Positions 29,381-38,865 of a stretch of DNA of 59,460 nt are shown here, piece by piece. The stretch comes from Bacilli bacterium. GTDB taxonomy: Bacteria; Bacillota_I; Bacilli_A; RFN20; UBA1709. The translations under genes and the position numbers were made by a program. Where the stretch lies: assembly GCA_045600465.1 (NCBI GenBank), contig JAZRXY010000005.1:1-59460 (forward strand), given 5' to 3'. Below the pieces are notes generated by a model. It saw nothing but the letters and a program-made list of their open reading frames with translations, was not told the DNA's origin and did no database searches. The first letter of the stretch is position 1. Every line of letters begins with the position of its first letter.

Positions 29381-29436
29381 AAAAAGCGAGGTTGCTTGAA
29401 ATTGTTTTGTTATCAACAGTTTCTCCTCGCTTTTTT
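29381..29436. terminator. Composite bidirectional terminator between cassette and aminopeptidase gene
   Basis: AAAAAGCGAGG ... CCTCGCTTTTT outer stem enclosing GAAATTGTT/AACAGTTTC inner stem. Confidence 0.7.
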
Positions 29437-29446
29437 GTCTTTTTAT

Positions 29447-30691
29447 TTAAAATACAAAGTTTCCGTTTTTGAATACTGGTACTTCTTTACCATCAAATGT
29501 AATTCCAGTGATTTCTAAGTCTTTTGTCCCAATCATGAAATCAACATGTGTATTTGATGCATTTAGTTGCGCTTTTGCTTGTTCTTCAGGGCTCATATCT
29601 GTTCCCTTTTTTAGACAAGTTGGATATGCTCTACCTAGTGCTAAGTGACATGAAGCATTTTCATCAAATAGTGTCTCGTAGAACAAGATTCCACTATTTC
29701 TAATTGGTGAATCATATGGTACTAAAGCAACTTCACCTAAGTAGTGGCTTCCTTCATCAGTTTCGATAACATTTTTTAGTGTATCTAATTCTTTTTCAGC
29801 ACCATAGTTAACTACTCTGCCATTCTTAAATTCAATCCAGAAACCTTCAACAAGTTTCCCTGATGTGAATAATGGCATTGATGCGTAAACTTTTCCATTT
29901 GCGCCACTTTTAGCAGGAGCTGTAAAGACTTCTTCGGTTGGCATATTAGGATTATAGTAAATGCCTTTTGTTGTCTCTTCTCCACCTGCTGCCCAAATAT
30001 GATTAACGATTAAATCAACCGTAAAATCGGTACCTAGAGAGTTTTTATAGTGTAATGATTTTAAATTAAGTTCATTTAATTTATCTCTCCGTTTTGCCAT
30101 GTTAGCATTATGTTCATCCCAAGCTTTTAATGGATCACCATTAGGATCAATTCTTGTTGTTTTTAAGATAGCATCAAATAGTTTTTCATAAGCTTCGTCC
30201 TCGTTTAAGTCTGGGAAAACCTTTTTAGCCCAATCTTTGTTTGGATATGATGCTACTAACCATTGACCTTCATTAGCCATAGAATAGTTCATGATTTTCA
30301 TGAATTTTGGATTTTTTGTCATAGCAATTTGTTGTATTTGCATTTTGTTAGCATCAACTTCTTTCATTGCCTCTGGATGAGGTGAAAGAATTGCCATTTG
30401 TGCTCTCCCGTCTTCAATACTTGCTAGGTTCTTATCATAAACCCATTCTTTAATTGTTGCTAATTGTTCATCGCTTTGATAGATATAGTCATACTTTGTT
30501 GCATGTGGATCACTATAATTTACTTCAACATAGCTTGCTCCATTTTCATAAGCAACCTTTACTATTTCTCTAACAAGGTCAACACATTCAATGTCCGCTT
30601 TAATAACTAGAGGTTGTCCTTTTTGAAGGTTAACGCCTCTTTTAACAAATGCTAATGCCATCTTTTTAATGGCTAATTCTTTATTAATCAT
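29447..30691 (-). CDS. Aminopeptidase, M29 (AmpS/PepS) family
   Basis: NMPTEEVFTAP, LGEVALV, FYETLFDENASCHLALG, HVDFMIG. Confidence 0.95.
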   Translation of the reverse strand: MINKELAIKKMALAFVKRGVNLQKGQPLVIKADIECVDLVREIVKVAYENGASYVEVNYSDPHATKYDYIYQSDEQLATIKEWVYDKNLASIEDGRAQMAILSPHPEAMKEVDANKMQIQQIAMTKNPKFMKIMNYSMANEGQWLVASYPNKDWAKKVFPDLNEDEAYEKLFDAILKTTRIDPNGDPLKAWDEHNANMAKRRDKLNELNLKSLHYKNSLGTDFTVDLIVNHIWAAGGEETTKGIYYNPNMPTEEVFTAPAKSGANGKVYASMPLFTSGKLVEGFWIEFKNGRVVNYGAEKELDTLKNVIETDEGSHYLGEVALVPYDSPIRNSGILFYETLFDENASCHLALGRAYPTCLKKGTDMSPEEQAKAQLNASNTHVDFMIGTKDLEITGITFDGKEVPVFKNGNFVF

Positions 30692-30713
30692 TTTAATTAC
30701 CCCCTTTATTTTA

Positions 30714-30735
30714 AAGGCTAGCTTATGCTAGCCTT
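30714..30735 (-). terminator. Hairpin after EF-G paralogue
   Basis: AAGGCTAGC-TTAT-GCTAGCCTT. Confidence 0.65.
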
Positions 30736-30741
30736 ATTCAT

Positions 30742-32823
30742 CTATTTTGCGTTAGCTTCTGCTTCAGCTTTTGCTGCTGCTACAATCTTATCAACTAAGT
30801 TTGCAGGAACTTCATCATAACGTAAGAATTTCATTGTGAATGTTGCTTGTCCTTGTGTCATTGTCTTTAAGTCAATGATATAAGTTGCAAGTTCACTTTG
30901 TGGACATTCAGCTGTAATGTATTGTTCATCACCAACTGGTTCAATACCCATGATTAATCCTCTACGTTTGCTTAAATCACCCATGATGTCACCAACATAT
31001 TCATTTGGTGCAACAACAACGATTTGCATAACAGGTTCAAGTAGTGTAGGCTTTGCTAACTTACATCCATCTTTGAATGCAAATGATGCAGCCATCTTAA
31101 ATGCTAATTCACTTGAGTCAACTGGGTGGTATTTACCATCATGTAGTCTTGCTTTAATTCCTATTACTGGGAACCCTGCTAGAATACCTGTCTTCATTGC
31201 ATCTTCTAGGCCTTTTTGAACCGCTGGGATAAAGTTTGTTGGAACTGCTCCACCAAAGATATCATTTATGAATTCAAAGTCTTTATCTTTACATGGTGAG
31301 AATTCAATATTAACAATACCATATTGCCCTGAGCCGCCTGATTGTTTGACATAACGGCCTTCAACATCGCTTGTTCCTTTAATTGTTTCTCTATATGAAA
31401 TCTTTGCTTCTTTTAATGTTACATCAATATTGTAAACTGTTTTTAGTTTTGCAATAACATTATCGATTTGAGGTTGTCCTTGACAGCCAACTAGTAGTTG
31501 CTTTGTTTCAACGTTACGTGATGATGTAATTGATAAGTCTTCTGAGCAAATTCTACGTAATGATTCAGTAATCTTACCTTCATCGTTCTTGTTTTTAACT
31601 TCTAAGGCATAGAAGATAGTTGGTTCGATAACCTCAACACTTTGATATTTGATTGGGTTTGCTGGATCACAGATTGTGTCGCCTGTTTCTAATGAATCAA
31701 GTTTTGTAACAATACCGATATCTCCTGCTGTAATTTTTGAAGTTTCGATTTGTTTATTACCTCTCATAAAAGCAATAGCCCCAACTCTTTCTTTTGTATC
31801 TTTTGTTGAGTTTAAGATATTTTGATCTTTTGCGATGCTTCCTGATCTTACTTGAATAAATGAAATCTTCCCTACAAATGGGTCAACAATTGTTTTGAAG
31901 ACATATGCTGAGAATGGTTCATTAACATCAACTTTACGTTCAATAATTTCTGTTTTATCTGCCGCTTCACCAAATGGAGTTCTTAGATCTGCTTCACTTG
32001 GGAAGTAGTTAACGATTTGTCTCATTAATGTTCTAACGCCAACATCTTTTGTTGCACTACCAACGATAACTGGAACTAATACACCAGCGTTAATAGCTTT
32101 CTTTAAACCTTTTTTGATTTCTTCATCACTAACTGGTTGTTCTTCTAGAACTTTCATCATGACGTCATCATCAACGTTTGCGATTGATTCAACAATCATG
32201 TCTTTTAATTTTTGAGCTTGTTCTTTTCTTTCTGGCCAAACTTCATCATCGTGTGATTCTTTACCATCATAAATTCTTGCTTTATTTTCAACTACATTAA
32301 CAAAACCTTCGAATGCGCTCCCGTGTCCGATTGGCCAACATAGTGGAACTGCGTGTTTTCCTAGTTTTTCACGAATTGAATCAACTAGTTCATCAAATTT
32401 AATATTATCTTTATCCATCTTATTGATGAAAACAATTGATGGGATTGAATGACTTCTAATATATTTCCAATTCTTTAATGTTCCAACTTCAACACCTCTT
32501 TCTGCATCAACAACTAAGATTGCTGTTCTAGCTACCTTACATGCACAGTTAATTTCTTGTTGGAAATCAAAGAACCCTGGAGTATCAATAAAGTTTAGTT
32601 TGCAATCTTCAAACTCTACTGGAAGAACAGCATTATAGAATGAAGCTGTTGCTGCTTTTTCTTCTTTTGTAAAGTCAGAGACTGTATCTCCTTTTTCTAC
32701 GCTCCCTTTGTTAGCGATTGCTCCGGTAACTTTAAGTAGTGACTCAACTACTGAGGTTTTACCGCTACCTTGGTGGCCTAGTACAACAACATTACGGATG
32801 TTGCTAGGAGTGTATTCTTTCAT
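30742..32823 (-). CDS. Elongation factor G paralogue (EF-G2-like)
   Basis: Full EF-G domain layout (NKMD, KQSGGSGQYG, YHPVDSSELAF, LLEPVM) with divergent G1/G2/G3; start reassigned to ATG 32823 behind GGAGG. Confidence 0.92.
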   Translation of the reverse strand: MKEYTPSNIRNVVVLGHQGSGKTSVVESLLKVTGAIANKGSVEKGDTVSDFTKEEKAATASFYNAVLPVEFEDCKLNFIDTPGFFDFQQEINCACKVARTAILVVDAERGVEVGTLKNWKYIRSHSIPSIVFINKMDKDNIKFDELVDSIREKLGKHAVPLCWPIGHGSAFEGFVNVVENKARIYDGKESHDDEVWPERKEQAQKLKDMIVESIANVDDDVMMKVLEEQPVSDEEIKKGLKKAINAGVLVPVIVGSATKDVGVRTLMRQIVNYFPSEADLRTPFGEAADKTEIIERKVDVNEPFSAYVFKTIVDPFVGKISFIQVRSGSIAKDQNILNSTKDTKERVGAIAFMRGNKQIETSKITAGDIGIVTKLDSLETGDTICDPANPIKYQSVEVIEPTIFYALEVKNKNDEGKITESLRRICSEDLSITSSRNVETKQLLVGCQGQPQIDNVIAKLKTVYNIDVTLKEAKISYRETIKGTSDVEGRYVKQSGGSGQYGIVNIEFSPCKDKDFEFINDIFGGAVPTNFIPAVQKGLEDAMKTGILAGFPVIGIKARLHDGKYHPVDSSELAFKMAASFAFKDGCKLAKPTLLEPVMQIVVVAPNEYVGDIMGDLSKRRGLIMGIEPVGDEQYITAECPQSELATYIIDLKTMTQGQATFTMKFLRYDEVPANLVDKIVAAAKAEAEANAK

Positions 32824-32910
32824 ATTTTTCCCTCCATTATTATTAATGATATATTTTATTCGCTTATACTTATATTCTAACATTTAATGTTAGAATTTTC
32901 ATTACAATTT

Positions 32911-33741
32911 TTATATTTGTTGATGAAATAAGCGATACACTACGTTTTTCTTTATTTTTGCATCAATGGATACTTGTTTAATTGCATCACTTGCACTCAA
33001 ACCTTGACTAATTAATTCATTTACCTTTTTCATGATTTCGTTATCTGATAAAGTTGCGACATTTTCTTTGTCTGCTCCTTCAACAACTACTACCATTTCA
33101 CCCTTAAGTGGGTTTTGCTTTATCCTTAGAAGAATCTCAGAAATATTACCTCTAATATGTTCTTCAAATTTTTTAGTAAGTTCCCTTGCAATTGAAATTC
33201 TTCTATCTCCTAAAACCTCTTTTAAATCTTCTAACATTTCTTCAATTCTATGAGGAGCTTCATAGAAGACTAAAGTGTCTTCAAATTTAACATACTTTTC
33301 TAGTTCTCTTCTTCTTTCTCCTTTTTTAGGAGGTAAGAAACCATAGAAATAGAAATGCGTTGTATCTAGTCCAGAAGCAACAACTGCATTGATAATTGCA
33401 CAAGGCCCTGATACTACTTCTATTTTGATTCGATGCTCGATAGCTTTTTCTACCACTCTACTGCCCGGATCTGAAATTCCAGGATAGCCAGCATCTGTTA
33501 CGATTGCAACATTTTCACCATTTTTTAGTATTTCAATAATCTTATCTGAGACAAAGAATTCGTTATGTTCATGGCAAGATATTAATGTTGTATCAATATC
33601 GAAATGACTACATAGTTTTTTTGTTTCTCTTGTGTCTTCACAAGCAATAATACTTACTTCTCTTAAAGTTTTAATTGCTCTTGGTGACATCTCTTCAAGA
33701 TTGCCAATAGGAGTTGCAACTAAATATAGTGTGCCATCCAT
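32911..33741 (-). CDS. rsmI: 16S rRNA C1402 2'-O-methyltransferase
   Basis: LYLVATPIGNL, ACEDTR, DAGYPGISDPG, ARELTKKFEE; start reassigned to ATG 33741. Confidence 0.96.
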   Translation of the reverse strand: MDGTLYLVATPIGNLEEMSPRAIKTLREVSIIACEDTRETKKLCSHFDIDTTLISCHEHNEFFVSDKIIEILKNGENVAIVTDAGYPGISDPGSRVVEKAIEHRIKIEVVSGPCAIINAVVASGLDTTHFYFYGFLPPKKGERRRELEKYVKFEDTLVFYEAPHRIEEMLEDLKEVLGDRRISIARELTKKFEEHIRGNISEILLRIKQNPLKGEMVVVVEGADKENVATLSDNEIMKKVNELISQGLSASDAIKQVSIDAKIKKNVVYRLFHQQI

Positions 33742-33742
33742 A

Positions 33743-34639
33743 TTAGTTTTCCTCCGAGTTAGATGATTCTCTTGGAGCAATCTTTTTTAATTCATCAATA
33801 CTAATTGTTAAAATGTTTTCTTTATTTTCAATTCTTGCAATCTTAGTTAGAACGTTCACGCTAGTAACTCGATATTGTTCTTTTTCGTATACAATTTTTT
33901 GCCCGAGTTTTGGTAATCCTTTTCTTAGTTCTGTATAATCTGTATCCTCGTATTTTAAACAACAAATTAATTTGCCACAGTGCCCTGATAGCTTTTGAAT
34001 GTTTAAAACTAAGAATTGATTCTTTGCGATATTAATTGAGATGCCATCAAATTCTCCTAAGAATGTATTACAGCATAATGGAAGTCCACATACTCCTAAT
34101 CCACCAATAATCTTTGATCTATCTCTAGTTCCTATTTGTCTTAATTCAATTCTACAGTGTAACTTCGCTGCTAGTTCTTTTAATAATTCTCTGAAGTCTA
34201 CTCTGTTTTCTGCAGCATAGACGATTGTCACTTTGCTGCTATCAAGCGTATAGTCTGCTTTTAGTAGTCTCATTTCTAGGCCAAGTCTATCAACAGCTTC
34301 TTGAGTAATAGCTAGTGATTCTTTTGATTTTTCAATATTCTTTTTAAATGTCTTTAAATCATTTTCATCAGCAACTCTAATAATAGGTCTTAGTAACATA
34401 CCTTGTTTAAAGTTAGAAATTGGTGTTGATCCTTTAGAAACTGTTCCTAACTCTAAGCCATGAATTGTTTCAACTACAACTGGTGTTTTCTCTACGATAT
34501 CTTCAATATATGTATGGAAGTAATATGGCTTTGAATTCCCTAAGAAAACAACACTAGCGATAAAACCATCATCGTAAACTTTCCCTTGATCTTCGCTCTT
34601 GTTATCTTTTCTTTCTATTTCTTGGTTAAAGTTTTGCAT
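33743..34639 (-). CDS. yaaT: PSP1 domain protein YaaT (RicT)
   Basis: RVDFRELLKEL, RIELRQIG.RD, GVCGLPLCC, KLSGHCGKLICCLKYE. Confidence 0.9.
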   Translation of the reverse strand: MQNFNQEIERKDNKSEDQGKVYDDGFIASVVFLGNSKPYYFHTYIEDIVEKTPVVVETIHGLELGTVSKGSTPISNFKQGMLLRPIIRVADENDLKTFKKNIEKSKESLAITQEAVDRLGLEMRLLKADYTLDSSKVTIVYAAENRVDFRELLKELAAKLHCRIELRQIGTRDRSKIIGGLGVCGLPLCCNTFLGEFDGISINIAKNQFLVLNIQKLSGHCGKLICCLKYEDTDYTELRKGLPKLGQKIVYEKEQYRVTSVNVLTKIARIENKENILTISIDELKKIAPRESSNSEEN

Positions 34640-35645
34640 AATCACTTACTTCCTTTCTTAATTTATAAAATATGTTGTCCAATATTAGACTAGCATTTAC
34701 ATGCCTATTTAATTTAGATTTACTTAACATAATATCTTCAATAATTTCTGGTAATACTTTTTGATATTTACTAAGTTTTTCTATATCTTCTTTTTGAGTT
34801 TTAAATGTGACATCTTGCTTTAATGAAAATTTTATCACATCTTGTAAAACTATTCCTAACAAATCAAGATATAAATTCATCTTGCTTGCTGGTTCGATTT
34901 CTTTATTTTCAATAAAAGGTTCTAATTCATTCATTACAAAGAAATTAATTCCTTTTATGTTATTAGCAAGAATGTTCAGTGTTTTGATAACAAGTTCTTT
35001 AGTTTGTAAATAAAATGGATCTTCATATATACTTAATATTTCTTCTTCCTTGTTATAACGTTCCGCTAAAATTAATGCATCGTCTTTGTTAATTCCTTTT
35101 TCAATTAGCTTTTTTGCCAATTCTTTTTTATCTAAAGGTTTTAAGTTTAGTACTTGGCAACGAGATACAATGGTTGGAAGTATTGCGCTAATGTTTTCGG
35201 TGGTAAGAATTGCTACAACTTTTTCGCTAGGCTCTTCCAAGAATTTAAGTAGTAAATTTGCTGCCTTAGTTGAAGCGACATTTTCAAACAAATGAATAAT
35301 ATAGATTTTATATCCGCTACTTTCTAGCGAAACTCTTGATAGTCTACTCTCGATATCTTCTAAAGCGTTCTTATCAATTTTATCACTAGAGCCATCAACA
35401 AAAATAAAATCACTATATGTCCCATCTTGAAGTCTTACACAACTTAGACATTCTTCGCATGCTAGATTGTCTTTTCTATTATCACAGACAAAACTTTGGG
35501 CAAGGAAAAAGGCCAACTCTTTTGTTGGAGTTCCTTTTTGCCCACTTACTAGATAAGCATGACTTGTTTTGCCTTCTTTAAATGATCTAGCAAGTGTTTG
35601 CATGATAATTGGTTGAGTTTCCTCTAGCATCTTTCTTACTTGCAT
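34626..35645 (-). CDS. holB: DNA polymerase III delta' subunit (start may be 35630)
   Basis: SHAYL, C-x7-C-x2-C-x2-C zinc module, ANLLLKFLEEP, LPTIVSRCQ; tmk-holB-yaaT synteny. Confidence 0.9.
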   Translation of the reverse strand: MQVRKMLEETQPIIMQTLARSFKEGKTSHAYLVSGQKGTPTKELAFFLAQSFVCDNRKDNLACEECLSCVRLQDGTYSDFIFVDGSSDKIDKNALEDIESRLSRVSLESSGYKIYIIHLFENVASTKAANLLLKFLEEPSEKVVAILTTENISAILPTIVSRCQVLNLKPLDKKELAKKLIEKGINKDDALILAERYNKEEEILSIYEDPFYLQTKELVIKTLNILANNIKGINFFVMNELEPFIENKEIEPASKMNLYLDLLGIVLQDVIKFSLKQDVTFKTQKEDIEKLSKYQKVLPEIIEDIMLSKSKLNRHVNASLILDNIFYKLRKEVSDYAKL

Positions 35646-36283
35646 GGTTTTATTTTAAATTCCTCAATTTTATCCTTTACTAATTTCTTTAATTCATTAT
35701 ATACTCCATCTTCATCTAGCCCTGCATTTATTGGTTTGATTCTTTCTGGGCATCTTTTTAATAGTTCTTCATATCCTGCACAAACAAGATGATGGAATTC
35801 TACTTTTTCTAAATCTAACCTATTAACTTCTCTTCCTGTATTTTTAGCAATTCTAGCAAGACCCTGTTCTGCTTCAAGGCTAAAATAAACAGTTAGGTCT
35901 GGTAGTTTACCTTCAGTAGCGAATAAGTTAACATTTAAAACGTTATCGATCCCTAGTTTTCTAGCATAACCTTGATATGCTAAAGAACTATCAATGAATC
36001 TATCACAAACAACAATTTTACCTTCTTTTAACGCTGGTAAAACTATTTCAACTAAGTGTTGTCTTCTTGATGCTGCAAAAAGCAGTGCTTCCGCGTTTTT
36101 ATCTAAGGCTGTGTTTTCTTTTTTCAAAATAACATTTCTTATTTCTTCTGCAATCTTAGAGCCACCAGGTTCTCTAGTTAGTATTGCATCATAACCTTCG
36201 TTTTTTAATTCTTCAATAAGTCTTTGAGCGGCGGTTGTTTTACCACTGCCCTCAGGCCCTTCAAGTGTTATAAAAAGTCCCAT
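35636..36283 (-). CDS. tmk: Thymidylate kinase
   Basis: EGPEGSGKTT, TREPGG, CDRFIDSSLAYQG. Confidence 0.97.
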   Translation of the reverse strand: MGLFITLEGPEGSGKTTAAQRLIEELKNEGYDAILTREPGGSKIAEEIRNVILKKENTALDKNAEALLFAASRRQHLVEIVLPALKEGKIVVCDRFIDSSLAYQGYARKLGIDNVLNVNLFATEGKLPDLTVYFSLEAEQGLARIAKNTGREVNRLDLEKVEFHHLVCAGYEELLKRCPERIKPINAGLDEDGVYNELKKLVKDKIEEFKIKPCK

Positions 36284-36292
36284 AGTAGCCTC

Positions 36293-36889
36293 CTAAATCT
36301 TTCTTCGTCCTTCTAATGCTTTTAACAATGTGTATTCATCAGTATAATCTAGATTTCCCCCTACTGGTAAACCGTAAGCAAGTCTAGTTACAGTGATGTT
36401 ATATTTTTCTAATAATTTAGCAATATATTGTGCTGTTGTTTCGCCCTCAACATTAGGGTTGGTTGCGATAATAACTTCTTTAACGTTACCCTCTTCTATC
36501 CTTTTTAAAAGTGAAGTAATATTAATGTCTTCTGGTCCTGTTCCTCCTGTTACAGAGATAACACCATTTAATACATGATATTTACCTTTGAATTCTCTAG
36601 CTCTTTCTAAAGCAAAAGCATCCTTTGGTGTTTGCACAACACAAATTATTGATCCATCTCTTGAATCATCTTTACATACTTCACATATTTCATCTTCACA
36701 AATTTGACCACAAATCTTACAATGATGAAGTTTTGTTTTACAATCAATCAAACTATCTGCTAGTTCTTGTAAATCTTCAATATCCATTTCAATGATTTGG
36801 TAAGCCATTCTTTCAGCAGATTTTGTACCAATCCCTGGAAGTTTTTTTAGTGAATCAACAAGTTTTTCAAATGTTAATGGATGTCTCAT
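36293..36889 (-). CDS. recR: Recombination mediator RecR
   Basis: LPGIGTKSAER, C4 zinc finger, Toprim ATNPNVEGETTA. Confidence 0.97.
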   Translation of the reverse strand: MRHPLTFEKLVDSLKKLPGIGTKSAERMAYQIIEMDIEDLQELADSLIDCKTKLHHCKICGQICEDEICEVCKDDSRDGSIICVVQTPKDAFALERAREFKGKYHVLNGVISVTGGTGPEDINITSLLKRIEEGNVKEVIIATNPNVEGETTAQYIAKLLEKYNITVTRLAYGLPVGGNLDYTDEYTLLKALEGRRKI

Positions 36890-36893
36890 TTTA

Positions 36894-38750
36894 TCACTCG
36901 TTTCTTAATAATGCCCCAAAAATGTTTTGACCATACTCTTTAGCTTCATCAATTTGAGGTTCTTCTTCTACTTCTTCTTTTGCCACTTCGTGGGTGCCAT
37001 TGTATTCTAGCGGTTCAACCTCTTGTAGTCTTGGCCCTTCTATCTCTTTTGGAATAGGTAGCGCTTTTCTTGTTCTTAAATCAATAAATTTAATTTTGTA
37101 TTCTTTAAAGTCTTTATCTTGCATTGCAAAAACTGCAACTTCTCTACCTAGTAATTCTTTAACAAATTCTTTTACACAAGTATAGTTAGTGTTTCTAGAA
37201 AGTAGTCTTACTTGAGGTGCATCTACAAAGCCAATAACAATACCCTTATGTGCTGCTGCCATTGGTTTAGCATCGATTAATAATCTTGCTGCTTTAGCAT
37301 ATTTAGGATTTGTCATATATCTAGAAATTAGTTGCCATCTAACTTTTAGTTCATTTAACTCTTCAATCTTGGCTTGAACTAAAACATTCATAACATCGGC
37401 GTCGTTAAATACTACTTGTCCTTCAATAACTGCAATCTTAACTTCGCCTTCTGCGTTTTCACTTAAGACAACTTTTTGTTGGTCTTCAACTACTTCTGGT
37501 TCTGTTTTTTCTTCTTGTTTTGGTTCTTCTATTATTTCTTGTTCAACCACAGTTTCAATCTTAGGTTCTTCTTTGATTTCAACTTTTACCTCTTGTTTTA
37601 CTTCTTCAACAGGCTTACTTACTTCTACCTCTTTAATAACTTCTTTGATGATTACTTTAGGTTCCTGTACCACTTCGTTTTTGTCAACATTGCACATTTT
37701 TAATACTGCAAGTTCAAAGAATGATTTTGGAATAGAAACCTTATAGAAGTTGTTTAAAGTGTCTAGCAAAATATCAATGTAATTAAATGCCGTTTTTGTT
37801 GAAACAAATCCACTTAATTCTTTTAGATATTCACCATTTATTGTTCCTTGATATTTTACTGAGTTATTGTAAATTATTACTTCTTTTAAAATGTTAATAA
37901 GTGTTTGCGCAAATCTATTTAAATCTAAGCCTCTTCTATTAAAGTCATTTACTTTAGATAATGCATTTTCTGCTTGCTCATTTGCTAAAGACATAATAAA
38001 ATCAATTGCTTCCTTAGTGGAAACAACGCCATAGATATCTCTTATGTGTTGTGCTTTTAAATCATTACCTGCATAAGCAATTGCTTGATCAAGAATGCTA
38101 ATTGCGTCTCTTGCTCCCCCGTCTGCTAGTTCAGCAATTAATCTTATTGCTTCTTCTTCATATGTAACATTTTCTTTTTCTAAAATCTCTTTAATTCTTC
38201 CTTGTAAATCTTGAGATGGTATTTTATTAAAATCAAATCTTTGGCAACGAGAAACAATGGTTGGTAAAACTTTATGAGCTTCTGTTGTTGCTAAAATAAA
38301 GATTACATGTGCTGGTGGTTCTTCAAGTGTTTTTAAAAGAGTGTTAAAAGCACTTTGAGTCATCATATGAACTTCATCAATAATATAGACTTTATATTTA
38401 CCTTGGATTGGTGAGAATTTTACTTTCTCAATAATGTCTCTTACGTTATCAACACCATTGTTACTTGCAGCATCTATTTCAATAACATCTGGATGAGTTC
38501 CATTTGCTACTGCAAGACAGTTTTCACATGTTCCACAAGGGCGGTTTTCATTACAAGTACAGTTAACGGCTTTGGCTAATAGTTTGGCAATTGTTGTTTT
38601 TCCTGTTCCTTTTGGACCAGCAAAAAGATACGCATGAGCGATTTTATCATCTTTAATTGCGTTTTTTAATGTTTGAACAATATGCTTTTGTCCTACTACC
38701 TCATCAAATGTTTGAGGGCGATAGATTCGATATAATGCCTTGTATGCCAT
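36894..38750 (-). CDS. dnaX: DNA polymerase III gamma/tau subunit
   Basis: ALYRIYRPQTF, GPKGTGKTT, EIDAASN, DEVHM, SRCQ; start reassigned to ATG 38750. Confidence 0.97.
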   Translation of the reverse strand: MAYKALYRIYRPQTFDEVVGQKHIVQTLKNAIKDDKIAHAYLFAGPKGTGKTTIAKLLAKAVNCTCNENRPCGTCENCLAVANGTHPDVIEIDAASNNGVDNVRDIIEKVKFSPIQGKYKVYIIDEVHMMTQSAFNTLLKTLEEPPAHVIFILATTEAHKVLPTIVSRCQRFDFNKIPSQDLQGRIKEILEKENVTYEEEAIRLIAELADGGARDAISILDQAIAYAGNDLKAQHIRDIYGVVSTKEAIDFIMSLANEQAENALSKVNDFNRRGLDLNRFAQTLINILKEVIIYNNSVKYQGTINGEYLKELSGFVSTKTAFNYIDILLDTLNNFYKVSIPKSFFELAVLKMCNVDKNEVVQEPKVIIKEVIKEVEVSKPVEEVKQEVKVEIKEEPKIETVVEQEIIEEPKQEEKTEPEVVEDQQKVVLSENAEGEVKIAVIEGQVVFNDADVMNVLVQAKIEELNELKVRWQLISRYMTNPKYAKAARLLIDAKPMAAAHKGIVIGFVDAPQVRLLSRNTNYTCVKEFVKELLGREVAVFAMQDKDFKEYKIKFIDLRTRKALPIPKEIEGPRLQEVEPLEYNGTHEVAKEEVEEEPQIDEAKEYGQNIFGALLRNE

Positions 38751-38782
38751 ATTAACCACCTCGTAATTAATATTGTATCATA

Positions 38783-38803
38783 TAAGTGAATATTATTCAC
38801 TTA
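38783..38803. promoter_or_regulatory. Perfect 10-1-10 palindrome between divergent dnaX and azlC
   Basis: TAAGTGAATA-T-TATTCACTTA. Confidence 0.45.
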
Positions 38804-38865
38804 GTTTTAATTGAACAACTGCTTGTTTAGGTGTTAAGATATATCTATATTTAAGGAGAAATGAC

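Larger units (their letters stand above)
27040..29436 (+). other. Accessory cassette (five genes) with no mobility gene
   Basis: Plus-strand genes inside an otherwise minus-strand housekeeping run; none are core genes; coupled start/stop junctions; ends in a composite hairpin. Confidence 0.75.

Noticed and set aside
27001-29384. TTTTACCAA / TTGGTAAAA as terminal inverted repeats of the cassette
   Set aside because: Only 9 bp in very AT-rich DNA, the left copy coincides with the XRE -35 element, and no transposase or target duplication is seen
36891-36896. TGA TAA tandem at the dnaX end as a hint of UGA=Trp recoding
   Set aside because: All core genes are intact under code 11, Trp is encoded by TGG, and TGA acts as sole stop for tadA (ATGA overlap) and azlD
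37495-37520. Possible dnaX -1 frameshift site (AAAAAAC on the coding strand)
   Set aside because: Heptamer is not in the X_XXY_YYZ phase of the reading frame and no stimulatory element is evident
37476-37703. Phe-rich 75-aa plus-strand ORF
   Set aside because: Reverse complement of the GAA/AAA-rich dnaX linker
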